Assembly: GCA_007117055.1 (NCBI GenBank)
Contig: SKHH01000038.1
Span: 1-47,447 of the forward strand
Reading direction: 5' to 3'
Source: Lishizhenia sp.
GTDB taxonomy: Bacteria > Bacteroidota > Bacteroidia > Flavobacteriales_D > Crocinitomicaceae
DNA length: 47,447 nt
Shown one piece after another: positions 17,667 to 28,216 of this stretch. The notes under the pieces were generated by a model, which saw only the letters and a program-made list of their open reading frames with translations, searched no databases and was not told where the DNA came from. The first letter of the stretch is position 1. Each line of letters opens with the position of its first letter. Position numbers and translations under genes: made by a program.

Positions 17667-18194
17667 TTACTTTGGGTCGAACAAGTTTGGAATGTATGAA
17701 GAAATTTCATTGTATTTTTCTTCTGTTCCATCTGAAAGTGGATTAAAAGAATAATGAGCAAGTTCTCGACCTGCTTCAATGATTTCATCTTCATCCATAT
17801 CTTCTGTTGCAGAAACAAACACCATAACATTCTTTTTTATCGTAGCTTCTACTTGGAACCGCACAGGGGCAACTCCTTGTTGAGAGCAACATTCAAGAAA
17901 GAGTGTTTGGTGAATTTCGGTTGTGCGATATTGACAGAGTTGAAAATCTTCAAGTGTCGCAAAGCGCAAACTTTCCATAGGCTGAATACCATCAGTATCT
18001 AAACGAAGCGTTCCTGCCTTCATGTCAATGTCTCCAAGTACAATGGCAATACAATTGTTTACAAGGTCAAACACTACATCACCACGACGAAAGAAGGAAA
18101 TTGAATTTACTTCCACATCATCTCCAGTAAATTCTGGATATGGATTGTCTTTGAGGTTTGGATAATAATCCGAAGGGTTAACTTTGTTTTTCAT
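17667..18194 (-). CDS. hypothetical protein
   Basis: ATG at +6 from the repeat. Confidence 0.8.
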   Translation of the reverse strand: MKNKVNPSDYYPNLKDNPYPEFTGDDVEVNSISFFRRGDVVFDLVNNCIAIVLGDIDMKAGTLRLDTDGIQPMESLRFATLEDFQLCQYRTTEIHQTLFLECCSQQGVAPVRFQVEATIKKNVMVFVSATEDMDEDEIIEAGRELAHYSFNPLSDGTEEKYNEISSYIPNLFDPK

Positions 18195-18288
18195 GCTTTC
18201 AATGAGTTTAAAGGGAGAGTTTGGTGGGTTTTAAAGAATTTGTTTCCTGTCCAAAATTCATTTTTTCCGTTATAGCTGTTTGTAAAAG

Positions 18289-18609
18289 CTATTGAAGATT
18301 TTCTGAATAAATTTTGTGCATTTCAGGATAAACTTTCTTCACAGCTTCCTCGTGTGTCATTATACCTTTAGAAACTGTTTCATCTACCCATTTTCTTAGA
18401 TGAGCTGTTTTTTCTCGATACTCATCTCCCAATTTAATTGCATTTGCAAGGTTTTGACAAGCCTGTTGGTCAGATTTACGGCCTATTATACCCCAGTATT
18501 TTGCTGCTGTTTCCCATTCGCCAAGTTGCTCCATTAAGTGTACAGCATAACTTTTATTTAAGCTATCTGATGCCTCAAATAAACGTTTACATTCTTCTAG
18601 GTTTCTCAT
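18289..18609 (-). CDS. hypothetical protein
   Basis: ATG at +6 from the repeat. Confidence 0.8.
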   Translation of the reverse strand: MRNLEECKRLFEASDSLNKSYAVHLMEQLGEWETAAKYWGIIGRKSDQQACQNLANAIKLGDEYREKTAHLRKWVDETVSKGIMTHEEAVKKVYPEMHKIYSENLQ

Positions 18610-18644
18610 GCTTTCAATGAGTTTAAAGGGAGAGTTTGATGGAT

Positions 18645-19421
18645 TTAATATTCTCGATTTTTTGTAATAAAGTCACGAATAATATTCTTATCTTCATAAG
18701 ATAATGAAATCTTACAACATCCTTTATAGTCGCCTACTGACATCATCTCAAAATAGGGTGGCAATTCAGGGAGGTTTTCAGTATTCATTTGCTTGAGTTC
18801 AGCAATAAACTCAGTACGAAGATAAAAGGCTTCTGGAGCGCAGAATTGCACATAATTTCGATATTGCTTTCCTTTCCAATTGACTGTAAACACATTATCT
18901 CCAACGGCTAAATGAAGTCCACGAACCACAAAAGAGGTGGTGTCAGATTTCTTGTAAGGATTGCGGTAAATAAGTCCTTTTTCAATCAAAAGCTCCACGA
19001 GTTCCCTTGTTGGAAAGTGTCTGTAATATTTACTACCCAGTCCGTTAATGGCATATTTCACCAATGGACGAACTTCTTTATCACAACCTTGTCGGCTTTG
19101 TTTACGCGCCCAAGTAAGACGATGATTGTTGATTTTTTGAAGTGCTTCGCTTATCCTTTGACGTTTCTCTTCTGGTAATTTCATATTGAACATGAAACAC
19201 CACACAGAATTTAGTTGTGATGCAATTGGTAAAATATACTCTTGATAGATTTTGGGAGTAATTTTTGTCTTCACCAATTTATTGACAAAGTTTTCTACAT
19301 CTTCAATATCACCTTCAGATGAAAGATTTGATATCTTGGCTGCATATTCCTCTGGAGACATCCCCGACATTGCAGAAGATAAAGTGAGGATAAAATCTAT
19401 TGCTTGTTTGTTGTTTTCCAT
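18645..19421 (-). CDS. hypothetical protein
   Basis: 258 aa, bounded by repeats. Confidence 0.8.
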   Translation of the reverse strand: MENNKQAIDFILTLSSAMSGMSPEEYAAKISNLSSEGDIEDVENFVNKLVKTKITPKIYQEYILPIASQLNSVWCFMFNMKLPEEKRQRISEALQKINNHRLTWARKQSRQGCDKEVRPLVKYAINGLGSKYYRHFPTRELVELLIEKGLIYRNPYKKSDTTSFVVRGLHLAVGDNVFTVNWKGKQYRNYVQFCAPEAFYLRTEFIAELKQMNTENLPELPPYFEMMSVGDYKGCCKISLSYEDKNIIRDFITKNREY

Positions 19422-19436
19422 GTTTTAAATGAGTTT

Positions 19437-19781
19437 CTAAAACAAGTTTGGTGGATTTAACTGTTCTTCAAATTTATTAATGTTTGCGTGATATGCTTGA
19501 CAATCAATATCAACCAACATAACGGTTTCATCGGCAACATAAATATTATTTTCACGCCAAATTAAGCCGATTTCTCTGGCTAATTTCTTTGCGGTTGGAA
19601 TAATGTTGCGAAATGTAATTTTTTTTCCATTTGCTAACCTTGCCTTTGGTTTGATAAGACAAATTGAAAAGTTACCAAATTGCCCGTAATCATCAATGTA
19701 GGCATCTTGAACAGGTAATAGTTCTTTTATTTGCTCTACAAACTTTGTAACCTTATCTTTCTGTTCTTGAGTTGTTGCCAT
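19437..19781 (-). CDS. hypothetical protein
   Basis: Bounded by repeats; tail LNPPNLF comes from the repeat. Confidence 0.8.
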   Translation of the reverse strand: MATTQEQKDKVTKFVEQIKELLPVQDAYIDDYGQFGNFSICLIKPKARLANGKKITFRNIIPTAKKLAREIGLIWRENNIYVADETVMLVDIDCQAYHANINKFEEQLNPPNLF

Positions 19782-19830
19782 ATTTTCAATGAGTTCTTAA
19801 AAGAGGTTTGGTGGATTTAACTAGGGAGAC

Positions 19831-20589
19831 TTATGCTGCCTTGTTTTTCTTCTTATTACGATGATATCCCGTTATTCCTTTTTTACGCAACTCTTGAAGT
19901 GCATTGCTTGCCTTAGAACCTGCTGGTTGAGTTCCATGAATTAACTGAGCAAAATTGCCATCAAAATTCCATGCGTGAGAATCGTCTTTATCAATCGGTA
20001 AACCTAATTCCTCAGCTTCTTCTGTGCTATAAACAACCTTTACATTTTTCAAATTGTATTGGTCAATCAATTTATCCATATAACCTCCGTAAGAAGCTGT
20101 TAACTTTAAATTTTGTGGTATATCGTTTAAACGACGAACCCAAAATTTAATGGACTTGGTATATGCGTAAAAAATAATGTTTGGATACATTTTTGCGACC
20201 TCTACCCATGCGTCAAAATAAGATTGAACGAAAAAGTCTCCGCTTGCGTGAATGCGAACTAGACGGCAATATTTATCAATATCTTGTGACTTAATAGAGG
20301 CTAATAAGACCTCTAATTTTCCTTGCACCCCCTTGGCATTACGAAGTGTTTCAAAGTTGCGTTTGTGAAGCTTGTAGGCATTTGTGCTACGGATTTCCAT
20401 TGAAGCCGCATAGCAACGAAATTCCGTAAATTCACCGTCTTGAATACGGTTTCCATTTTCAGTCTCTACAACCTGAGATTTGCAATCTTTAGCTCCAGGA
20501 CAAGCTGTTCCTGCAACCAATGAAAGTATTGCTATTCGGTTGTTTAACTTTGCATTTCCAAAAGTAAAGTGTACTGTTTTCTGTTCCAT
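19831..20589 (-). CDS. GP88-like phage protein (radical-SAM-related)
   Basis: GNAKL, TACPGAKDC...CYA, RIHASGDF and YAYTK motifs; start moved to the +6 ATG. Confidence 0.75.
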   Translation of the reverse strand: MEQKTVHFTFGNAKLNNRIAILSLVAGTACPGAKDCKSQVVETENGNRIQDGEFTEFRCYAASMEIRSTNAYKLHKRNFETLRNAKGVQGKLEVLLASIKSQDIDKYCRLVRIHASGDFFVQSYFDAWVEVAKMYPNIIFYAYTKSIKFWVRRLNDIPQNLKLTASYGGYMDKLIDQYNLKNVKVVYSTEEAEELGLPIDKDDSHAWNFDGNFAQLIHGTQPAGSKASNALQELRKKGITGYHRNKKKNKAA

Positions 20590-20624
20590 GCCTTTAATGA
20601 GTCGAAATTGGGAGTGTGGTGGAT

Positions 20625-20942
20625 TTAATAATTCACCAAAGCCCAAGAAAGCGTTTCATCATCTAATTGCACAGGCATTAACCTTCCTTTCGGAAATTCT
20701 TTAGGATATAAATCACGTAGTTGTTGAAAGCAACGAATATCCCACTTCAAAATGATTTCATAAGCTTGATTAGCTAATTCTTTGCTAATTTTGTAATGCT
20801 GGTAACTTTCTCTACAACCTTGAATTGTAGTTATTCTCGCAGATATCAATGTAATCAAAGCGCCAACATCCCCAGAATGGCTGGCAATTTGTTGGTATGC
20901 TGATGCAGCACACTTCTTTTTTATTGTTTCCCATTTTTTCAT
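20625..20942 (-). CDS. hypothetical protein
   Basis: Bounded by repeats. Confidence 0.75.
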   Translation of the reverse strand: MKKWETIKKKCAASAYQQIASHSGDVGALITLISARITTIQGCRESYQHYKISKELANQAYEIILKWDIRCFQQLRDLYPKEFPKGRLMPVQLDDETLSWALVNY

Positions 20943-21033
20943 GCCTTTAATGAGTTTGTTTTTTAATTTTGGTGGAAATAAGAAAACTTAACCCCACTCG
21001 TTAGTAGGGTTAAGTGTATGGAACAAACAAAAC

Positions 21034-21669
21034 TTAGAGTTTTTTAAATAAGTCGCTTATTGGGATAGAGCCGAATCGAGATGTTGGAAAACCTCCGTTA
21101 GTTAAAACAACCCACATTTCTTTGAAGCTACCTTTAGGGGCAACTACTTCATCATAAGCTTTTGTGATAAATATCTCAGGGTTTTTTGGGTGTTGAATTG
21201 TTGTGCCAATTGGAGAATTTAAAAGTTCATCAGGACATCCGATAAGCATTTGGTGTGAAAAATCTTCATTGTGCACCCAAGCCAAAGCATTTACCAAAAC
21301 AGTATCTTCATTATATAGAATGCTACGTAAATGAACGTTATCACCTTTTTTAACAAGACCTCCCAACATATCTTTTAACGCCACTACTGGAATTAAATCT
21401 CCATGTAAAATGTTAGATTTGAGTTCTATGTTGTAAACATACTCTACGAACTGAATCTCACTTGTAGAATTTTTCTCCCAAACATTTATCATTTCAGAAA
21501 CCGTTTTACTTGAACAGAAATTTTCAAGTTCTTCTACACGAAAAATTGTTGTAATCTGTCGACCTTCTTGGTCTTCAAAACAAAACAAACTTTTCTTATA
21601 GAAATCTAATGCTACATTCACTCTTATTGAAGGCGCAAGTTTCTTGATTGGCAATATATCTAATTTCAT
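21034..21669 (-). CDS. hypothetical protein
   Basis: ATG at +6; hairpin at 20984-21015 downstream. Confidence 0.8.
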   Translation of the reverse strand: MKLDILPIKKLAPSIRVNVALDFYKKSLFCFEDQEGRQITTIFRVEELENFCSSKTVSEMINVWEKNSTSEIQFVEYVYNIELKSNILHGDLIPVVALKDMLGGLVKKGDNVHLRSILYNEDTVLVNALAWVHNEDFSHQMLIGCPDELLNSPIGTTIQHPKNPEIFITKAYDEVVAPKGSFKEMWVVLTNGGFPTSRFGSIPISDLFKKL

Positions 21670-21681
21670 GTTTTCAATGAG

Positions 21682-22119
21682 TTATTGGGGAGAGGTTGGT
21701 GGGTTTTGTTCTTTTCTTTTTTTGTACTCAGCAACATTTCGCTCAATTGAATCTACTCCATATTCTTGTACAGGTAAAACATCAATTTTTCTAACGTTAA
21801 ACAAGTTGCTTGAATAACTTTCAATCACTTTTTTAGCTTTTTGAAATTTCTCTTCTGTTAAGTATCCAGAAATATCCATAGGATGACAGTAGAGGTAATT
21901 TTCACCTTCCCATGCTTTTGGGCAACCGCTTATTGAATCAGCTGTTCCATCGAACACAATTTCAAAACCAATCTTATTGAGAATTTCAGTGAATTGCCGA
22001 AATATCTCTTTCGCTTGTGAAGGATGCATTCCTTTACCCCATGCATATGGAGAGTTAAGTCTGAAATAACAATGCTTTAAGTGAGCAAAGTCTTCTGGTG
22101 TTTTTACAACTTTCATCAT
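21682..22119 (-). CDS. hypothetical protein
   Basis: Bounded by repeats. Confidence 0.8.
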   Translation of the reverse strand: MMKVVKTPEDFAHLKHCYFRLNSPYAWGKGMHPSQAKEIFRQFTEILNKIGFEIVFDGTADSISGCPKAWEGENYLYCHPMDISGYLTEEKFQKAKKVIESYSSNLFNVRKIDVLPVQEYGVDSIERNVAEYKKRKEQNPPTSPQ

Positions 22120-22441
22120 GTCTATAATGAGTTTTGTTTTTGAGTTTGGTGGGTTTAATTGAAAAAATAAGGACCAAGCTCCCCAGCTCGGTCCTTTCCA
22201 CCCTTAAACCCCCATGGACTCTTTTGGCCCACGGAAATATCTTACGCCTTTTTGGCCTTCTCTCTTTTCAAAAGAAAGTTAGCAAATTTTTCAGAAATCA
22301 CAATGATAATTCCGATAAAAATAGACCGTGCTATGATTAGGCCTGACAAGCCTACCAATACAAGTCCAATATAAAATGCAACTATTTCAAATGTATTCAT
22401 ATCCTTAATGAGTTGAAGCTGTGGGTTTAGTGGATTTTAAT

Positions 22442-22741
22442 TTAACAATTCTCTGGGTTTTCAATTTGAACGCCAGAATAAGGGCAAAAAGGCTCAATGC
22501 TTTCCAGTGCCTCAGACTCCATTGCCCAAAGTCCTAAGTTGGTGCTATACATCAGCTCCAATTGAATGGGGATTCTTGACAAAAACCCTTGAGCTTCTTC
22601 TTTCGTCATTCCGCACAAAATAAGTTCATCGACTTTTTTCTGGTAGGCAATCGGAGTTTTTTCTGGTGTAAGAAAAACTTCAATTACTTCCTCTGAACCT
22701 GCAGGGTTAATTTCGGTAGGTGCTTTCACTTTATCTGGCAT
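22442..22741 (-). CDS. hypothetical protein
   Basis: Bounded by repeats. Confidence 0.75.
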   Translation of the reverse strand: MPDKVKAPTEINPAGSEEVIEVFLTPEKTPIAYQKKVDELILCGMTKEEAQGFLSRIPIQLELMYSTNLGLWAMESEALESIEPFCPYSGVQIENPENC

Positions 22742-22978
22742 AGCTTTGAATTTATTGACTACAATGAGTTATTGGTAAGGTTTTGGTGGATTTTAGTTCC
22801 ATTTCTTTTGAAACTTAACTTTCAATTTCTCATTTACAACGCCTGTTTTGCAAGCTGTTTCATATGCTTTAATAGAAGTACATATATCAGCATTTAAAAG
22901 CATATTTATTGCTTTGTATGCTTCTTCTCTTTTCCTGTTGTAATATCCTTCTGGCGGCATAAAAGTCTGTATTTAAGA

Positions 22979-23206
22979 TTAGTTTTCTGTAATAAACAAC
23001 ATACGACTATCTTGCGTATTTTGTTGCACCCAAGCATGAGAACCTCCAAAACCTATCTTAAAACCAAAAGTATCAACGGCTTTAATGTTGTTTCTGAAAT
23101 CATCCAATGAACGGCTTTTAAGAGCTGCATTGATAATTCCATTTAAAATCACAAGCGGTTCATTGTTGCTTGAGATTGTTGGTGTAGATTCAATTTGTAC
23201 TTTCAT
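22979..23206 (-). CDS. hypothetical protein
   Basis: ATG at +6. Confidence 0.75.
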   Translation of the reverse strand: MKVQIESTPTISSNNEPLVILNGIINAALKSRSLDDFRNNIKAVDTFGFKIGFGGSHAWVQQNTQDSRMLFITEN

Positions 23207-23248
23207 GCCTATAATGAGTTTCAGGTTTCTATTTGGTGGGTTTTAAAT

Positions 23249-23464
23249 TCAAGAATTATATACGCACTTGTATTGCCCCACGTTGGTCATACCATCGAAT
23301 ATAAACCACACATCCCTTCCTGTATCTTTACATCTGATATGCACAGCATTTTGCCCCAAATTTTCTTCCCCATAATCATTTACAGTCAAAGTGTCACTTG
23401 CTTCTGGGAGTTCTGAATATCTGTAGCTTTTGCCTACAATAAAATTTTCTACTTCTTGTGCCAT
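23249..23464 (-). CDS. hypothetical protein
   Basis: Bounded by repeats. Confidence 0.75.
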   Translation of the reverse strand: MAQEVENFIVGKSYRYSELPEASDTLTVNDYGEENLGQNAVHIRCKDTGRDVWFIFDGMTNVGQYKCVYNS

Positions 23465-23499
23465 ATTATCAATGAGTTTTTAGTTGTCGTTTGGTGGAT

Positions 23500-24558
23500 T
23501 TAAGTCGGCCCACAACTTTCAGAATATGCTCCATTTGGTAAAGTCCAATTATTCAAAATAATAGGCTCATCAAAGGTTTCTGAGTTTGCTAACTGTACGA
23601 GTTTTGGATTTTGTTTAGTTGCTTCATACACCTGTCCTTTTGCATACAAGTCATGCAATGAATCCTTTCGTTTCATGGTTACACGTTTGCCGTGAAACTC
23701 TGAAAACTTATCTTCTAATTCAGCTAATTTAGCACCTTGTAAGGGAGAGATAAATCGAGCAGTTTCAAATTGGTCAGCATTACCAAAAATGCAAAATAAA
23801 CATGAACAACGCCCAAATCCTAAACGATATGCAGGGTGAGGGTTAACTTTGTATTCAGCCATAATCGCCCATACACGACCTTCTTTCCAATCACGAATAG
23901 GTCGCCAATGGTCAACGATGCGCACTACACGTTTTCCATTTCTATTATCTGAACGGTCAGGTTCAAACATTTCATATCTGGCACGATTAGCAGACTCTTC
24001 TCCTCTTTCTCCTGTAATAACAAGTGTTTTGGTATTTTGAAAACGCTCCTGATTGATAATAGCAGCAGTTGCTACATCAATTTTAAGATAAGCTGAACAC
24101 CAGCGAGTTGAAAGGTCGGCTCCAATTTGTGGGAATTTCATTCTTGTGGCTTCCTTTCCACGAGTTCCACCAGCAGAATGCAAATAAACATCCCCATCAT
24201 CGTTAGGTACTTCAAACCAAGTTCTTGACTTCTTTTGGTTATTGCGGGTCATTTCACGCTCAAACCCACCTTCAAGCCAAGAAAAATAAATTGGAACGTT
24301 AAAAGCCTCAGCATATTTTTGACAATAATCACGAGTTATCGCCCAGTCAAATAAACGTTCACCTTCACGTCCATCAATGTCGTGATGCCACAATTCAATC
24401 TTTGATTGGTCAACCCCTAATTGCAAAAGATTAAGGTGACAAGCAACAGAATCTTTGCCTCCAGAAAACATAACCAAAATATGGTCGTATTCATTCAGTT
24501 CTTTGACTGTTAAGTTTCTAGCTTTAGGGATAGTATGTACAATCGAATTGCTTGTCAT
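23500..24558 (-). CDS. PAPS reductase-family (PP-loop) protein
   Basis: FSGGKDS PP-loop, RWCSAYLKI, GERGEESANR, HPAYRLGFGRCSCLFC. Confidence 0.88.
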   Translation of the reverse strand: MTSNSIVHTIPKARNLTVKELNEYDHILVMFSGGKDSVACHLNLLQLGVDQSKIELWHHDIDGREGERLFDWAITRDYCQKYAEAFNVPIYFSWLEGGFEREMTRNNQKKSRTWFEVPNDDGDVYLHSAGGTRGKEATRMKFPQIGADLSTRWCSAYLKIDVATAAIINQERFQNTKTLVITGERGEESANRARYEMFEPDRSDNRNGKRVVRIVDHWRPIRDWKEGRVWAIMAEYKVNPHPAYRLGFGRCSCLFCIFGNADQFETARFISPLQGAKLAELEDKFSEFHGKRVTMKRKDSLHDLYAKGQVYEATKQNPKLVQLANSETFDEPIILNNWTLPNGAYSESCGPT

Positions 24559-24593
24559 ACTTACAATGAGTTCTAAAAGAGAGTCTGGTGGAT

Positions 24594-24797
24594 TTAAGAA
24601 AGATTTCCTGCCAACTGATAAAACACATTGACAATGGTTCTATGTTCTGGCTCTAAATTAAACACGCGACCTGTAAGTTCTTCAAACTCACCATCATCAT
24701 GTACATCGGAATCGTGAACAGATACTTTCGTTCCTTTGTTTTTCACGACAAACTTACGCCCTGTATCTTCGTCAATATGTTGAATAACTAATCTCAT
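24594..24797 (-). CDS. hypothetical protein
   Basis: ATG just after the stop of 24799..25245. Confidence 0.65.
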   Translation of the reverse strand: MRLVIQHIDEDTGRKFVVKNKGTKVSVHDSDVHDDGEFEELTGRVFNLEPEHRTIVNVFYQLAGNLS

Positions 24798-24798
24798 T

Positions 24799-25245
24799 TT
24801 ACTTAATTTTTGAGAATTGGTGAATAAGCTCGTTCTTTTGATGTACAAGTGTTTTTTCTATCAACTTATATCTTACATTTTTTCTTAAATAAAAGAAACG
24901 AGTTAATTCCGAATATTCACATTTTTTTTCGTGATAGTTTGAAAACTCAGTTGTGTCTGTTACTTGAATTACAACTTGACCTTCTTCTATGCTTACAATA
25001 AACCTTGGATTTATTTCTTCTGGTTCACCAAAAAATGGAGTAATATGAACGAATTTTTGACCATATTTCTCAATTTCCTTGATTTTTTGGGCATAAATAT
25101 TGTTTACTGAACCACCCAATCCACCACCGTAAGAAATTTTGATTTTAGTGGCAGGAAAAGAATATACTGATAGGTTTTTTGAAGGAATAAAAGGTAGACC
25201 TATTTCAATTGCTCTTTCTGGTTCCGTGTACTTTATTTGTGACAT
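24799..25245 (-). CDS. hypothetical protein
   Basis: Follows a repeat. Confidence 0.75.
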   Translation of the reverse strand: MSQIKYTEPERAIEIGLPFIPSKNLSVYSFPATKIKISYGGGLGGSVNNIYAQKIKEIEKYGQKFVHITPFFGEPEEINPRFIVSIEEGQVVIQVTDTTEFSNYHEKKCEYSELTRFFYLRKNVRYKLIEKTLVHQKNELIHQFSKIK

Positions 25246-25295
25246 AATCTTGTTGTTGTGTGAAAAATGAGTTCCAAGGGAGAGTTTGGTGGTTT

Positions 25296-25940
25296 TTATA
25301 TGCCTAAAATTTCTAAAACCTTTATTTCTTCATCCTTTGAAGGTGGTCGAAATCCAGATAGGTGCATAGTTAAATGGCATTCAGTGTCATCATCGAAATC
25401 ATCGCTAATCACATTCGCATCTAAATCGTATGCACGAAAAAAATGTTGTTTCTTTGTTTCGCAATAATCTTGAATTACTACCGCAGGGTTTTTCGACAAA
25501 TCGTGGTAAATACAATACTTATCAAATGTATCTTGAACAATTTTAGTCGTCTTTTTAACAAGTTCAGCGGTAAATTCTTTGTAATCAACTTCACAAACAA
25601 TGTGACAAGTAGACTGCAATAATCCATAAGTTGACACAACTTTTACGCCAATTTCTTGCAATTGGTCTGATGGATGTTTTGTCTGAGAAATAGCGTCTGG
25701 ACGAATGTTGTCCATCAATAAATCAAGACACAACTGAACAGAACCCTCTGTGGGAGTATATTTCAATTTTGTTGCATTGATAGGAACTTTTGACCCATTG
25801 GTGAACATTGGTGGAATGGGTGTATCTACACCACGATTCATCATTTCTCGCAACACCACATCGCAACAAGAGTTTGGGAAATCAATGTCAATACGAAATG
25901 AAATTGTAGATACTGATGCAGTATGTTTATTGTTCTTCAT
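25296..25940 (-). CDS. hypothetical protein
   Basis: Start moved to the +6 ATG. Confidence 0.8.
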   Translation of the reverse strand: MKNNKHTASVSTISFRIDIDFPNSCCDVVLREMMNRGVDTPIPPMFTNGSKVPINATKLKYTPTEGSVQLCLDLLMDNIRPDAISQTKHPSDQLQEIGVKVVSTYGLLQSTCHIVCEVDYKEFTAELVKKTTKIVQDTFDKYCIYHDLSKNPAVVIQDYCETKKQHFFRAYDLDANVISDDFDDDTECHLTMHLSGFRPPSKDEEIKVLEILGI

Positions 25941-25983
25941 ATTTTCAATGAGTTCAAAGGGAGAGTTTGGTGGTTTTTGCTCA

Positions 25984-26190
25984 TTATTTTTTTGAAGCCA
26001 AACGAACGTGTGCTTTTGGAATCCAGAACGTTCCATAATTATCACCATTTACCAGATAGCTGTAATGTGTTTTATCTACGCAAGAACCAGTGTAAACGGT
26101 ATTCCATTCATCCTCTGTAAACTCTATAGTAGGACGTATGCAGAATCCACCTTCTACTTTATACGGCTTCGTAAAATCTTGTATTTGCAT
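25984..26190 (-). CDS. hypothetical protein
   Basis: Directly after an ECF-type promoter. Confidence 0.7.
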   Translation of the reverse strand: MQIQDFTKPYKVEGGFCIRPTIEFTEDEWNTVYTGSCVDKTHYSYLVNGDNYGTFWIPKAHVRLASKK

Positions 26191-26199
26191 ATACACTTA

Positions 26200-26225
26200 T
26201 ACGAAATGATAGAGATTTAGTTTCA
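26200..26225 (-). promoter_or_regulatory. ECF-type promoter TGAAAC-N16-CGTA
   Basis: Exact SigW-type consensus. Confidence 0.7.
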
Positions 26226-26233
26226 CTAGTTCC

Positions 26234-26482
26234 TTATGAATCAGCAAACTCATAAAGTTCTGAGTTTTTAAATGAACCCATGAATACATTGAAGTTTTCA
26301 AAATCTTTTTCAGTAGCCAAACGGTGGTTTTTCGGCAAATTTACCGACCCAGAAGTATTGGAGAAAGTTGACCCCTTCAGAATGCTTGCATGAAGTATGC
26401 TAAGAGAGTTTGGAGTTTCGGGTTGAATGTATCCCAATGTATTCTCATTGGCAACTACTAATTTTATTCTTTGCTGTTCCAT
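26234..26482 (-). CDS. hypothetical protein
   Basis: Start moved to the +6 ATG. Confidence 0.75.
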   Translation of the reverse strand: MEQQRIKLVVANENTLGYIQPETPNSLSILHASILKGSTFSNTSGSVNLPKNHRLATEKDFENFNVFMGSFKNSELYEFADS

Positions 26483-26587
26483 GTCTTCAATGAGTTTCAA
26501 GAAGAGGTTTGGTGGATTTAAAAAAGAAAGAAATAAAGTAAATCTTTGCCCTATTCACAGTGCATTTTCGCTATTTACCCTTTTCTT

Positions 26588-26986
26588 TTAAACGTTACAC
26601 AAGCCTCGAATGTTCATCATGAGCAAATTTACATTTTGCATTTGCTCATTTGTCATGTAGTTATTCGGGCCTCCACTATAATCTTTCATGTGAGAAATTG
26701 TACGATATAAAAAGTTGAGTTTTCTCTCAGAGAAACATGAATCATTTATTGTAATGTAAAGCCCAATTCCATTTTCAAACATACCCATCAAGTGAGCATC
26801 TCCAGAAACTGCAATTCCTCCAGGATTGAAACTTACTTTACATTCTGTAAATGGAAGTTCTTTTTTGAGAGCGCGTAAAAACGCCATAGAAATTTGTTGG
26901 AATTTTTGCTGAAGTTCATGATTATAGCCTAGCTCCTTGCCATTGGCATTCATGAAATTGTATAATTGTGCTAATTTCTTTTCCAT
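26588..26986 (-). CDS. hypothetical protein
   Basis: ATG at +6. Confidence 0.8.
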   Translation of the reverse strand: MEKKLAQLYNFMNANGKELGYNHELQQKFQQISMAFLRALKKELPFTECKVSFNPGGIAVSGDAHLMGMFENGIGLYITINDSCFSERKLNFLYRTISHMKDYSGGPNNYMTNEQMQNVNLLMMNIRGLCNV

Positions 26987-27340
26987 GTCTATAATGAGTA
27001 AATGAATTATGTTCAGTGGGTTTTAGTGGAGATTATTTCTCAAATCTTTTAGTCGCTTCCATAATGCAGCTCTTTGAGCTGATTTATTAGGACTTTTAAG
27101 TACTGAAGAAATTACTCTGTCTATTTTTTCTTTCCTTTTCTGCTCCATATCTTCAATGAGTTTCAAAGAGAGGTTTACTGGGTTTTAAGATAAAAAAATC
27201 ACACTTCCTTGTTTTCGTCTCTTAAATAATTTCCTCCTACACAGTAGGGGGTGTGGGGTTATACAAAGACAGTGCTACACACGTGCCTTTAACAGCCGCC
27301 AAAAGCAACTCCGCTGTGATACGCTGTGTTTGGCTTGGTA

Positions 27341-27544
27341 TTATGCCCCATAATCGGAAAGCGTAGTATCATAGTCATTCATACACGCATAAAGTAATTC
27401 AAACTCCTCAGGGTCTTCATCAGTTTTACCTGTTTCAAGGTACTCAATAGCAACATTGTGTTCAAGTGTGCTTTGTCCTCTTGCTTCAAAATGTCCTCTC
27501 TCAACTTTCAAAGCATCAATTAATTTTTGTTTTCTTTCATCCAT
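27341..27544 (-). CDS. hypothetical protein in an eroded attC-like cassette
   Basis: No bipartite repeat; flanked by AAC/GTT palindromic remnants. Confidence 0.65.
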   Translation of the reverse strand: MDERKQKLIDALKVERGHFEARGQSTLEHNVAIEYLETGKTDEDPEEFELLYACMNDYDTTLSDYGA

Positions 27545-27701
27545 TTTTTTAAAAACTACGGTGCATATAACGTTATAAAATCAATCGGTGTTGCAGTGTC
27601 TTTTTTGCCGCTTCAGCTGTCTAAGTTAGTTTGTATCTATTGGGAAATTGTTTGCCGCTCATTCCCCGCAAGCTTTTATAATCGGTATGTTGTGGTGAAT
27701 A

Positions 27702-27908
27702 CTAATCCCACGCATCAACAATTATACAAGTCCTTTCAGGTAGTTCGTTAAGTACAGTTTGTAGTCGCTCTCTTTGTTCATCTTCATCAAGCGCATTCCA
27801 CTCTTCCATTGTTTCACATTCAAGTTCTTCAAGCGTGATATTTTCATTCCCACTTGTTACATTTACATCCCATCTAACATTAATGGTTTCTTTTGTATTT
27901 TTTTCCAT
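27702..27908 (-). CDS. hypothetical protein in an eroded attC-like cassette
   Basis: Flanked by GTTGTGGTG ... CACCTAAC. Confidence 0.65.
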   Translation of the reverse strand: MEKNTKETINVRWDVNVTSGNENITLEELECETMEEWNALDEDEQRERLQTVLNELPERTCIIVDAWD

Positions 27909-27976
27909 TTTTATTTGGATTTTTGAGAAGTACTACACCTAACAAGGTGTTGCCAATTTACGCCACAGCAATCAAT

Positions 27977-28216
27977 TTACTTAGTCCAATTAATATCGCT
28001 TTTAATCATCCTAAGTACAGCAGGAAAAAGGTGTTGTAGGTCATTGCTACTCATACCGTTCTTTTCTGCTACCGTAGCCATTGCGTGTGCAAGTGCTGCT
28101 TCATCTTTCTCATTTTCTTGGAATAGCCAGTTTTTAACCATCCAGTGTGTAGGATATACTTTTTGTACACCTTTTTCGTATTCAAATCTTAATACATTTT
28201 CCATAATCGTTGACAT
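27977..28216 (-). CDS. hypothetical protein in an eroded attC-like cassette
   Basis: ACCTAAC boxes on both sides. Confidence 0.65.
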   Translation of the reverse strand: MSTIMENVLRFEYEKGVQKVYPTHWMVKNWLFQENEKDEAALAHAMATVAEKNGMSSNDLQHLFPAVLRMIKSDINWTK

